From Acidobacteriota bacterium (GTDB lineage Bacteria > Acidobacteriota > UBA6911 > JACQSX01), in contig JACQGG010000020.1 of assembly GCA_016199665.1 (NCBI GenBank), positions 1 through 37,634 on the forward strand: 37,634 nt of DNA, written 5' to 3'. The translations under genes were made by a program, and so were the position numbers. Positions 9,037 through 17,859 of the stretch are shown here, one piece after another. Position 1 is the stretch's first letter. The number at the start of each line of letters is the position of its first letter. Under the pieces are notes generated by a model. The model saw only the letters and a program-made list of their open reading frames with translations, had not been told where the DNA came from and searched no databases.

Positions 9037-10455
9037 TTATGGCTTGTAAAGCGCTGGCACGTTGTCCCGCAGCACGAAAATGCTGAGAAATTTGGAAAGG
9101 GCAAAGCGAAACGAATCGTAATCCCTCATGTAGTCATAGAGAATTCGCGGACGCAGGTTGAAGCGAAGATGTGCATAACGTCGAATCTTGTCCAGTTCCT
9201 CACGCGTCATCCCTTGAGGAGCATAGGTCACCTTGTCGGTCGACAATAACGTGAAGTCAAAATTCGCTGGCAACTCTCCATTCTCTTCAATTATATGGTA
9301 GACCTCAGTTCCCGGAAGCGGCAGGAGGCAGGAAAATGCAGCCCGATAGAGACGCAGGGAACAAGCGAATTGGATTGTCTCCATCATTTCTTCGCGCGTC
9401 TCGGTCGGATAGCCCAGGATAAAATATCCGATAGGACGATAACCGCACTGGTACAAAAGGTCGACCTGAGCCCGGATCTCATCTTTAGTCAGCTTCTTCT
9501 TCATGATCTTCAGGATTCGGTCGGAACCGGATTCAATGCCGACCGCCACCCGGGCGTCAAAACCGGCTTTTTTCATCAGCAGCAGAAGTTCACGACTGAT
9601 TGAATCAAGGCGAATCCCATTGGGGAGCGTGAACTTGACCTTCAAGCCCCTTTCCAGAATCGCGTTGCAGAACTCTTCCACAAAGCCGGCGTGCATGGTA
9701 AAGACTTCATCGTAGACCACAAAATGACGCGTACCGTGATTCTTGTAGAGGTACATCAGCTCGTCCATGGTCACTTCAAACGGGCGGCGGCGGAATTTGT
9801 ACCCGGCGATAATCCAGACGGAACAAAAGCTGCAGTGAAACGGACACCCGCGACTTGTGATAAAGGGCGCCGCTCCTTCACCAATCATGTTTCCGTGCCC
9901 TGCGTAGCTCTCCGGCGGTATCAAGTCCCATGCGGGCATACCCAGTTCTTCCAGGTCTGAATAATAGACCGGGGAGTTGTGGAAGACCTTCCCATCCTCT
10001 CTCCATATCAATCCCGGAATTTCCGGAAACGGCTTTGTTTCGCCCCCCCAAAGGTTATTCAACAGTTGCGGCAAGCCGACTTCCGCTTCGCCCTGAATGC
10101 CATAATCTGCATCTTTGAGGAGCTCCAGGCTTTCCACAGGCAGCGCCGATGGATGCGGCCCTCCGATCATCGTCACAATATTGGGATCGACTTCCTTGGT
10201 CAGACGGAGACCCTTCTGGACCTCTGCCAAACCCAAGGACCAAGTCGTGAAACCGACCACGTCGGGCTTCTGGGATCGAACAATGTTGGAAAATGCGGAA
10301 TCGGTAATCTGCGTGTCCCGGACGCGGTCCACGATACTCACGTCATAATCATGCCTTCGCAAAGCTGTGGTCAGATAGCCCAGCCCGATCGGAGGAAATT
10401 TTTCCAGCCCAAAATATTTTCCTTTGGGAGGAACTACCAGCATGACCTTCTTCAT
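9037..10455 (-). CDS. Cobalamin-binding radical SAM protein (class B methyltransferase-like)
   Basis: N-terminal B12-binding domain (PPIGLGYL, PDVVGFT, GGPHPS, GEAE), TSRGCPFHCSFC motif at 9823-9846, GIESGS, FILGYPTET. RBS AAGGAG upstream. Confidence 0.92.
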   Translation of the reverse strand: MKKVMLVVPPKGKYFGLEKFPPIGLGYLTTALRRHDYDVSIVDRVRDTQITDSAFSNIVRSQKPDVVGFTTWSLGLAEVQKGLRLTKEVDPNIVTMIGGPHPSALPVESLELLKDADYGIQGEAEVGLPQLLNNLWGGETKPFPEIPGLIWREDGKVFHNSPVYYSDLEELGMPAWDLIPPESYAGHGNMIGEGAAPFITSRGCPFHCSFCSVWIIAGYKFRRRPFEVTMDELMYLYKNHGTRHFVVYDEVFTMHAGFVEEFCNAILERGLKVKFTLPNGIRLDSISRELLLLMKKAGFDARVAVGIESGSDRILKIMKKKLTKDEIRAQVDLLYQCGYRPIGYFILGYPTETREEMMETIQFACSLRLYRAAFSCLLPLPGTEVYHIIEENGELPANFDFTLLSTDKVTYAPQGMTREELDKIRRYAHLRFNLRPRILYDYMRDYDSFRFALSKFLSIFVLRDNVPALYKP

Positions 10456-10519
10456 GGTCAGTCTCCTTCAGTTGCCAACGGAGGCGCCCGGCTGGAGTCC
10501 GAAATTCCTAATTTCCAAC

Positions 10520-10572
10520 AGGATACCACCCACCCCAAGTCTTGTGTATGCCAGAACTGGAGTCGGTGTCAA
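10520..10572 (-). promoter_or_regulatory. Possible internal sigma70-type promoter elements upstream of the radical SAM gene
   Basis: Minus-strand TTGACA (10572-10567) and an extended -10-like TGGTATCCT (10528-10520) in a 253-bp gap. The two are too far apart to form one canonical promoter. Confidence 0.25.
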
Positions 10573-10708
10573 CAAGAAACTACGCCGGGCCGCCCCGGGG
10601 CATTATTTGGCGGCATTCCGGGACCGCATTGCCGGCGTCGCCCGGCGGGTCGGCACGCCGCTCGGCCTGAGCCTGAGTACGACAAGACAGACCCAAACGG
10701 TTGATCCG

Positions 10709-11017
10709 CTACGATGGCTGCTTCGGCTTGACCCCCTGGCTCACCAGCTTCATCCGGATGTACTCACGAACCAGCTCGATTGGAACTTCGGCCGTTGCAT
10801 AGACGGTCTTGCAGCGGTCGCATTGCCGGTCACGCGCTCTAAACTCCTGAACCGGCAATACTTTATTGATCTCCAACTGTTCATATTCCTTCATGCGAAT
10901 CAACTGCGTCTGCATGCCCAGGTCATAAAAATTGATTGTGTGATTGTTTGTTTCACCGCAATGGGGACACTTAAATGAATTGATCATAATTAGCTCCGTC
11001 ATCTGCCCTAAACTCAT
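10709..11017 (-). CDS. Small zinc-ribbon protein resembling the NrdR N-terminal zinc ribbon, without ATP-cone
   Basis: CPHC...RARDRQCDRCKTVYATAE. Fills an otherwise empty gap in the operon direction; start uncertain among several Met. Confidence 0.7.
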   Translation of the reverse strand: MSLGQMTELIMINSFKCPHCGETNNHTINFYDLGMQTQLIRMKEYEQLEINKVLPVQEFRARDRQCDRCKTVYATAEVPIELVREYIRMKLVSQGVKPKQPS

Positions 11018-11077
11018 GGATCATCGGGAGTTAATGATCGTAGGACAAGGCCGCATTGCCCGTGTGCCAGCGGTGGC

Positions 11078-12430
11078 TCATTCGCCAACCAGCAAACGGA
11101 GCTCGTCAAGAAACTCCTGCGACAGGCGCGCGCCATCGCCACGCCCCACGGCCAGATACACCGTTCCTTCGGGCAGAGAGCCCTGATCCAGCCAGCGCCA
11201 GCAGTCTACCACGATGAAAGGGTTCTTCTGGGGCCATCTCAGGCTTCTTAATTCCGGCAGTTCGTTAGTGACCACCAGAACGTTCGCCGAACCAACACAT
11301 TGCTGCAGACTGTCGCAGTAGGTGACCGAACCGGACAGAGACGGCATCGACTTTGCGTAAACCGAAGGGTCATAGACGAACACCGGGACATTCCGCTCGA
11401 GCAGCGACCGTGCAAGGCCCAGACCGAAAGAGCACTCGGTAACGTCGGTATGAAGTTTGTAACTCAGACCAGCCACACCCACGGTCATACCCGGCTGATA
11501 GCGCGACAGCGCCAGATCAACCAGTTCCCTGGCTCGAAGCTGATTGGACTCATGAACGGTCCGGGCCAAGCTGGCCTTCCGTCCCACCTTCTCCGCCACA
11601 TAGAGCATCGCCAGGTTGTCGCGAGGGAAGCAGGGACCTCCATACGGGATGGCTCCTTTCAGGAAGCGCGCTCCTCGGTTTCTGTGGCCAAGCGCCTCGG
11701 TGACGGAATCTACATTGGCGCCCGGCAGATTCTGACACACGTCGGCAATCATGTTGGCGAAGGTGACCTTGGTTGTGTCGAGACAGTTGGAAGCGAGCTT
11801 AGTCACCTCAGCATCGATGAAACTCATCTTCAGGATAGGCGGATTGTTCTCGCACAACTGGCGATAGATGCCTTCGATAACGGTGGCCGCCTTCAAGTCG
11901 GAAGATCCAATGAGCGCGTAATCCGGGCGCAACAGTCCCGACAGGACGTCGCCCAAAGCGATGAACACAGGGCTATAACAAAATCCAAAGCCTTCGTCGC
12001 AGCGCTTTCCCGATTTCCTTTCAATGAAAGGCTGCAGCACGTACTGCATCGAACCCGGAACGACGGTGCTGGTCAGCGCGATCACGTGGTAATCCTTTTT
12101 ACGCGACAGGGGCCCGGCTATCTCCTCAAGGGCCCTACAAACGTACTTCAGGGAAAAGCTGCCCCGGGTCGTGCTGGGCGTCGGCACGATAATGAACGTG
12201 ACCTGGGAAGACTGTATAGCTTTGTCATAATCCATCGTGGCAGTGAGCCGGGGGGCCGCCGAAGCCAGGAGTTCCTTCAAACCCGGCTCCACGAGCGCGC
12301 ATCGCCCATTCTGAATATCCTCGACGACTGCCGCATTGACATCCACTCCCATGACGTTGAAACCGCGGTGCGCCAGCGAAGTCGCCAGACACATCCCCAG
12401 CTTACCCAGACCCACAACTGAAATATCCAT
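11078..12430 (-). CDS. Nucleotide-sugar dehydrogenase (UDP-glucose/GDP-mannose dehydrogenase family)
   Basis: GLGKLG Rossmann motif, IVPTPS, STVVPG, AEVTKLASN, catalytic GGPCFPRD, GLSYK. RBS GGAG upstream. Confidence 0.93.
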   Translation of the reverse strand: MDISVVGLGKLGMCLATSLAHRGFNVMGVDVNAAVVEDIQNGRCALVEPGLKELLASAAPRLTATMDYDKAIQSSQVTFIIVPTPSTTRGSFSLKYVCRALEEIAGPLSRKKDYHVIALTSTVVPGSMQYVLQPFIERKSGKRCDEGFGFCYSPVFIALGDVLSGLLRPDYALIGSSDLKAATVIEGIYRQLCENNPPILKMSFIDAEVTKLASNCLDTTKVTFANMIADVCQNLPGANVDSVTEALGHRNRGARFLKGAIPYGGPCFPRDNLAMLYVAEKVGRKASLARTVHESNQLRARELVDLALSRYQPGMTVGVAGLSYKLHTDVTECSFGLGLARSLLERNVPVFVYDPSVYAKSMPSLSGSVTYCDSLQQCVGSANVLVVTNELPELRSLRWPQKNPFIVVDCWRWLDQGSLPEGTVYLAVGRGDGARLSQEFLDELRLLVGE

Positions 12431-12465
12431 CCCAGTTCTCTCCGCGCTGTTGAATGATCCGATGG

Positions 12466-13467
12466 TTATGATTTCTGATCGGCCGCCGCCTTGTTATGTC
12501 GGTACCAGTCCACAGTCCGCCTCAGTCCCTCGCGAAGCGACGTCGCAGGGCGCCAACCAAGACACCGGGCCATGCGACCAACATCGAGAGTCTTGACCCG
12601 TTGCCCATCCGGCTTGCTGCTGTCATAGGCGATCTCCCCGGTGTAGCCCACAACGTCGGAAAGAGTCTCCACCAGTTCCCGGATGGAAGTCCCTCTTCCG
12701 GGGCCCACGTTGACTGGCGCGGGATCATCATAAACCTCCGCCGCCCGCAGCACGACTTGCGCACAATCTTCGACGTACAGAAAATCCCTGACGGGCCGAC
12801 CGCTTCCCCAGACCTCAATCCGGGCCGCACCTTGCTCCTTCGCCTCAACAAATCTTCGTATCAGCGCCGCAACGACGTGCGACCGGTCGGGGTGAAACGT
12901 GTCACGCGGCCCGTACAGATTGGCCAGGATCAAATGAACGGCATTGAACTGATATTGCTCATAGTAGATCATCCCCTGAACGATCATCATCTTCTTGGAA
13001 AGGCCGTAGTGATAAACCGACTTGTGCGGAAAGCCCTTCCAGAGGTCATCCTCGTTCATGGAGTCCCCAATATCCCCGGGATACGAACAGGCCGTCCCGG
13101 TCACAACAACCTTGGCAACACCTGCAAGGCGCCCCGCTTCCAGCATGTTGGCGCCCATTACCAGATTGTCATAATAAAGCTTTGCCGGGTTCACCTGCAT
13201 CATGCCCAAGCCGCCTCCGTAGGCAGCCCCATGAATTACAAGGTCCGGCTGGAAATTGTCTAGGCAAGCTTTGGCTTCCGCGAAATTGACAAGGTCATAT
13301 TCGTGGCGCCGGGGAGCAAACGTCTCGCACTTGAACCCTGACAGGACGTCGACAATATGGCTGCCCAGGAAGCCGGCTCCCCCCGTCACCAGAACTTTCT
13401 TGTGCCTCCAAAAGGCCGGACGCAGCATCCCTCCATCTTGCGCCGGAGCGGCTGTCGTGTCAGGCAT
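12466..13467 (-). CDS. fcl: GDP-L-fucose synthase family epimerase/reductase (possibly ColC-like)
   Basis: TGGAGFLG, GTACSYP, YGLSK, ANLYGPRD, SHVVAAL, VWGSGRPVRDFLYVED, KPDGQ. ATGCCTGA overlap with the upstream gene. Confidence 0.8.
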   Translation of the reverse strand: MPDTTAAPAQDGGMLRPAFWRHKKVLVTGGAGFLGSHIVDVLSGFKCETFAPRRHEYDLVNFAEAKACLDNFQPDLVIHGAAYGGGLGMMQVNPAKLYYDNLVMGANMLEAGRLAGVAKVVVTGTACSYPGDIGDSMNEDDLWKGFPHKSVYHYGLSKKMMIVQGMIYYEQYQFNAVHLILANLYGPRDTFHPDRSHVVAALIRRFVEAKEQGAARIEVWGSGRPVRDFLYVEDCAQVVLRAAEVYDDPAPVNVGPGRGTSIRELVETLSDVVGYTGEIAYDSSKPDGQRVKTLDVGRMARCLGWRPATSLREGLRRTVDWYRHNKAAADQKS

Positions 13468-14389
13468 TGGCGTAGGGGCGCTGGATGCTTACGGTGGAGA
13501 GGCCCTTGATCAACTCATCGAGTCCGCACTCGATGGAAACCGTGGTGTCGTAACCCAGATTCCGAATCTTTTCGTAACTCACTTCATAATTCCGCTTGTC
13601 CTGATCCTCGCCCTGATCGGCCCAGTAGATCAAATAGTCAATCTTCTTGCGGATCAGGTTGGCGACATCCTCTTTGCTCAAGTTCATTCGCTCGGAACCC
13701 ACATTGAAGACTTCGTTGACCATCCGGTCATAATGTTCGATGGCAAAAATAAAGGCGCGCGCAATGTCGCGCACGTGGACAAACGTGCGTTTAAAATGAC
13801 GCTCGTAAATCACCAGATAGTGATCCTGCAGCGAGCGGTAGACAAAATCGTTTATCAGCAGATCCAGCCTCAATCGCGGCGACAAGCCGAAGGCCGTGGC
13901 GAAACGAAAGGCCACCACGTTACCCGCCTCGAGAAGATGCTCCTCGGCGGCGGTCTTGGTGCGACCATAGACAGTGAGCGGTCGCAACGGTGTCTTCTCG
14001 GTGCAGATTTCCCCGACCACGGCGCCGTAATTACTTCCTGTTGAAGCAAACATTACCGGCTGGGACTTGCTGCGCACCTTGTCCACAATCCGGGTGCCGC
14101 CTAAATTAATTTCTTCGGCGGCACGCGGATCTTTGTTGCAGGCCGGGTAGCCGACGATGCCGGCAAGATGAATGATCAGGTCGACGCTCTTGACTGCATC
14201 CCTGACGCCCGACTCATCGCGAATGTCGCCTTTGATGAAGGAAAAGTTCGGGTTGATGAAATGGCTCAACATCCCCAATCCGCCGTGCAGCAGGCTGTCG
14301 TAGACGATAACGGAGTAACCCCCTTTCAGTAACTCGGGGACCAGAACCGAGCCCACATAACCGGCCCCCCCGGTAACCAAAACTTTCAA
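13460..14389 (-). CDS. NAD-dependent epimerase/dehydratase (extended SDR)
   Basis: TGGAGYVG, HLAGIVG, STGSNYG, YGRTK, RLDLLINDF. GGAGGTG RBS before the TTG start. Confidence 0.9.
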   Translation of the reverse strand: MKVLVTGGAGYVGSVLVPELLKGGYSVIVYDSLLHGGLGMLSHFINPNFSFIKGDIRDESGVRDAVKSVDLIIHLAGIVGYPACNKDPRAAEEINLGGTRIVDKVRSKSQPVMFASTGSNYGAVVGEICTEKTPLRPLTVYGRTKTAAEEHLLEAGNVVAFRFATAFGLSPRLRLDLLINDFVYRSLQDHYLVIYERHFKRTFVHVRDIARAFIFAIEHYDRMVNEVFNVGSERMNLSKEDVANLIRKKIDYLIYWADQGEDQDKRNYEVSYEKIRNLGYDTTVSIECGLDELIKGLSTVSIQRPYANA

Positions 14390-14425
14390 TTCTCACCTCC
14401 TGATAAGATTTGAAGATTGAGACTC

Positions 14426-15742
14426 CTAAATGGAGCGCATGAACTGGTGGATGCAGCGTACCAGATATTCTCTTTGCTGGTCCCCGATACCCTGGTGGTT
14501 GCCAAGGAAGAAGCCGTTTCTCAGAATGAACCTGGCATTCTTCAAGGATCCCACGCGGCGGTGTTTGAAAAGCTTCAGGCCGGGCTGCTCCGCCATGTTC
14601 CCGCCTTCGATCTGGCGCGTCTCAATTCCCTTGCGCTCCAGGAAGTCTGCCAGTTGATCCTTTGTAAACGGGGCGCCGCGCTTGACCATCAGTGCATACG
14701 CAAACGATACGTGGCGCGTCCCCGGCCTCTCGCGCGGAAGCGCTAGGCGCCTCGAGAATCTCCGTAGTTCTTCAGTCCAGAAGGCTGCGTTGCTCCGCCG
14801 GATTTCAATGAATTCCTCCAGACGCTTCATCTGCTGCAGGCCGAAAGCCCCTTGGACCTCCGTCGGGCGGAAATTGAACCCTGAGTGAATAAACAGAAAG
14901 CGGGGATCAATCTGGCGGTATCTCTTCCTCAACGCCTGCTCATTCTTTAGCTCGCGAATCCATCCGTGCGCTCGCAGGGATTTTGCGATCTCGGCATACG
15001 GCTCGTTATTGGTCACCAACATGCCACCTTCAACGGTAGTGATGTGATGCGAGAAGAAGAAGCTGAAAGTGCCCAGGTCGCCCAGGGTTCCCGCTTTCTT
15101 CCCCTTGAGCTCCGCTCCATGCGCTTCGCAAGTGTCTTCCATGATGTGCAGCCCGTGTTCCCTGGCGATTGATTTGACGGCGCCCATGTCACATGGATTG
15201 CCCAGCAGGTGCACCGGAACAATCGCTTTGGTCTTCCGCGTGATTGCCTTGCGTACCTCCGCTGGATCCAGGTTGTAGCCGTCCATCTCCACATCCACCA
15301 GCACGGGGACCGCTCCGACGTTAATGATGGGCCAGATGGATGTAGACCAGGTGACCGCGGGCACGATGACCTCATCTCCCGGCTTGATCGGGTTTTTGAC
15401 TAGGGGGCTGGCCAGGACGGAGAGTGCAACCAGATTGGCCGACGAACCTGAGTTGACCATCACGGCGCGCTTCACTCCCAAGTAAGACGCAAACTCCTCT
15501 TCAAACCGACGCACCTTCGCCCCCATGGTGACCCGTGTGCTGAGAAGCGAATCGAGCGCCTCGCAGACCTCTTCGCTTCCGTAAGGGCAGTCAATTAGAG
15601 GAATGCCCCTAACCACCTTCTGCGCTTCAAAAAGTCTGAAGTAGCGCCGAACCAGAGAAAATATGTTCTGCCTTGTCGATTCCAGACCATTCACGATCTT
15701 CATAACTTCCGCCACGTGTCCCAAGCCTCGTCCAGTCAACAC
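14426..15742 (-). CDS. colD: PLP-dependent GDP-4-keto-6-deoxy-mannose 3-dehydratase-like enzyme (DegT fold, His in place of catalytic Lys)
   Basis: VNSGSSANL, EDTCE, SFFFSHHITTVEGG, LRAHGW. No Cys cluster after the motif, unlike the [2Fe-2S] enzyme E1/RfbH. Start may be ATG 15703. Confidence 0.78.
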   Translation of the reverse strand: MLTGRGLGHVAEVMKIVNGLESTRQNIFSLVRRYFRLFEAQKVVRGIPLIDCPYGSEEVCEALDSLLSTRVTMGAKVRRFEEEFASYLGVKRAVMVNSGSSANLVALSVLASPLVKNPIKPGDEVIVPAVTWSTSIWPIINVGAVPVLVDVEMDGYNLDPAEVRKAITRKTKAIVPVHLLGNPCDMGAVKSIAREHGLHIMEDTCEAHGAELKGKKAGTLGDLGTFSFFFSHHITTVEGGMLVTNNEPYAEIAKSLRAHGWIRELKNEQALRKRYRQIDPRFLFIHSGFNFRPTEVQGAFGLQQMKRLEEFIEIRRSNAAFWTEELRRFSRRLALPRERPGTRHVSFAYALMVKRGAPFTKDQLADFLERKGIETRQIEGGNMAEQPGLKLFKHRRVGSLKNARFILRNGFFLGNHQGIGDQQREYLVRCIHQFMRSI

Positions 15743-15760
15743 TCCCCCGTCGATGCGCGA

Positions 15761-15769
15761 ATGGTATCA
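15761..15769 (-). promoter_or_regulatory. Possible extended -10 element upstream of the colD-like gene
   Basis: Minus-strand TGATACCAT (TGn-TACCAT) in a 142-bp intergenic gap; no clear -35. Confidence 0.3.
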
Positions 15770-15884
15770 CACCAGTGCCGCTGATGTTGAACAACGGATC
15801 GCACCGCCACCCGGCGTCGTGCCGCCGACCCAATCAAATCCGCCCCTTTCAAGGCCACCTAGAACCCGACGGCCAGTCCCATCC

Positions 15885-17852
15885 CTAGAGAAGTCTAAAA
15901 ATCTTAACAATCGGCCCCCAGTTCTTGCCGTCAGGTCTGACTTCGTAGACCTGTTCAAAGTCGCTTCCTTTGGCCCCGGCCAGCAAGGGAAGGTAAAACT
16001 CCCGGGCGTTCTTGACCAGGTAGAAGAGCAATCCGTGAAAACTGTCTTCCTGGTAGGAAGCGGCTTGTTTGTTGTTCGCCAGCGTGTCCTCTATTCCGGA
16101 CGGATCGAAGAGCCCTGTCTTTCTCGCGTCGTCATCCAGCAGAAAATGACAGTAGGCAAAACTGGAGATGACCAGATATTGGGCCCCCTGCTGCTTGAGC
16201 TGTTTCAGCGAGTAGAAGTTAAAGCGGCTGTACAGATGCCTGATGGCCGGATACCGCAGCGCTTTTTCCACCACGGCCGCCGGCATCTCCTTGGGCCAAT
16301 GGGGCTGGTCGGTCGCGTACATCGCGCTCAGCAGCGGATAAGTGGTTCGGTCCCGGACTCGTTCGAAGTACGCGTTCTTGAGCGATGCGTCAATGTGATT
16401 TTCCCAGTAGTCGGTGGCGCGCGGATTGCTCACCGCCACCGGAGCGGCCCCGGGCAGTTGGGGCCCGAGTTCAAACCAGTCCACCGCAATCCGGGTACCG
16501 GCAGGGATATGCGTGGTCACCCAGGCCACCGCAATCTCACGCGTGTCCGGCTCTGATCTTGCCGAGTCCAGCCGCGCGACCCGAACCACGGATCCCGAGA
16601 TGATAGCCAGACAGGAAAACGCCATCACCCATTTTCGCCACGCGGACGGAACACGCGAAGCCAGATCGGCGCACAGGCGGGCTGCAAGCAGGCAGAGAAC
16701 TCCAAAAGTGGCAACCAACAGATGCAGATAGCGAATACCCCATCCAGAAAGCGCAAACAGCGTCACAGCCAGGAACGAAAGGATCAAGAGATCCCGCACG
16801 GTATGCCGATAGATGGCGTACAGGATGCCTGCAACCAGCATCGCTCCCAGGAGCAATTCCTGACGGACCAGTTCTCTGGCAAACCAGATTGAGATACTCA
16901 ACATGCCCGGCCTGTAGGTCGCTCGAGATGAAATGCCCAAGACTCCTATCTGGGAGAGCTCAGAGAACTTCTGGTGAATTTCCCGGTACTGGAAGAGCCA
17001 CGCCAAATTTCCCGCAAGCGACGACGCCATCAAAGCGAGAGCCCCCCACGCCGCCGGCTTGACGACAGACCGGGCTGATCGATCCCGAACCGCGACCCAA
17101 ACGTGGGTCAGGAGAAGAGGAAACAGGAGAAACAAGCCGTGGTATTTGATCGAAATGGCTGCTCCTGCCCACAGGCTGGCCAAAACAGAATTGGAAACTT
17201 GGGGGGAATCCAGATACTGGAACAGGTAGTGGAGCGTCACCGTGCACGCCACCGCCAGAAAGATGTCGGGCAAAGCCCATTGAGAATGCCCAACCAAATG
17301 AATCATGCACATTCCAAACAGAATGGCGGCCCAACCGGTGGCAGTCGTATACAGGCGTCTGCCGACGAAAAACAGAACGACTCCCAAGCCGGTTCCTGCG
17401 ACAACGCTCAGCAGGCGTCCCAGCCAGAAAAAGGGGCTGGAGTCGACAAAATAATGCACCGCGAAATCCGAAGGCCCATGAAACCAGCCCAGCAGCATTC
17501 CGACGGCATAGTATCCTCCATAGGCAACCAGCAGGAAGTACTTGTGCAGGGCGGGATAGGTGTGATCCACGGGCAGGGGGCTCAGCCGCTGCCCCATGCT
17601 CAGAGCATCCAGGACCTGCCTGGTTTCGTCAGGGTGAAACACGGAAGGAAGTCCATAGCCCATGCCCGCAAAGCGCAGCGTAAATCCCAAAATCACCAGG
17701 ACGCACAGCAAGAGAGCGTCCTGCTTGGACCAGCAAGTGGCTGAAGCAGACTGGCGACCCATGGTCTTTTCCGATCCGGACCCTTCCTGTGCTCTTTCGG
17801 CGCCGACGGTGTTCGCCTCCTGAAAAGGCGTGGAACCGGTCTCCCTGTCCAT
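15885..17852 (-). CDS. GT-C glycosyltransferase (ArnT/PMT_2, GT39/GT83-like)
   Basis: Polytopic membrane protein with first-loop HPDE, YPALHKY, GRLLSV, SQWALPD, SIKYHG, RYLHLL, DTREIA and a soluble C-terminal domain. I prefer ATG 17852 (just after the upstream stop) over the track start 17900. Confidence 0.85.
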   Translation of the reverse strand: MDRETGSTPFQEANTVGAERAQEGSGSEKTMGRQSASATCWSKQDALLLCVLVILGFTLRFAGMGYGLPSVFHPDETRQVLDALSMGQRLSPLPVDHTYPALHKYFLLVAYGGYYAVGMLLGWFHGPSDFAVHYFVDSSPFFWLGRLLSVVAGTGLGVVLFFVGRRLYTTATGWAAILFGMCMIHLVGHSQWALPDIFLAVACTVTLHYLFQYLDSPQVSNSVLASLWAGAAISIKYHGLFLLFPLLLTHVWVAVRDRSARSVVKPAAWGALALMASSLAGNLAWLFQYREIHQKFSELSQIGVLGISSRATYRPGMLSISIWFARELVRQELLLGAMLVAGILYAIYRHTVRDLLILSFLAVTLFALSGWGIRYLHLLVATFGVLCLLAARLCADLASRVPSAWRKWVMAFSCLAIISGSVVRVARLDSARSEPDTREIAVAWVTTHIPAGTRIAVDWFELGPQLPGAAPVAVSNPRATDYWENHIDASLKNAYFERVRDRTTYPLLSAMYATDQPHWPKEMPAAVVEKALRYPAIRHLYSRFNFYSLKQLKQQGAQYLVISSFAYCHFLLDDDARKTGLFDPSGIEDTLANNKQAASYQEDSFHGLLFYLVKNAREFYLPLLAGAKGSDFEQVYEVRPDGKNWGPIVKIFRLL

Positions 17853-17859
17853 AGTTCTC

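Noticed and set aside
11040-11075. Sigma54-like TGGCAC upstream of the zinc-ribbon gene (and TGGCAT near 10550)
   Set aside because: No GC at the required GG-N10-GC spacing.
11300-12421. 373-aa plus-strand ORF (and similar long antisense ORFs at 12496, 15663, 26766, 32764, 34291, 36631)
   Set aside because: Antisense to well-supported genes; long stop-free reverse frames are expected with GC-rich codon bias.
14426-15742. Assignment as E1/RfbH (CDP-sugar 3-dehydrase) or as an ordinary aminotransferase
   Set aside because: Lacks the Cys-rich [2Fe-2S] segment of E1 and lacks the catalytic Lys of aminotransferases.
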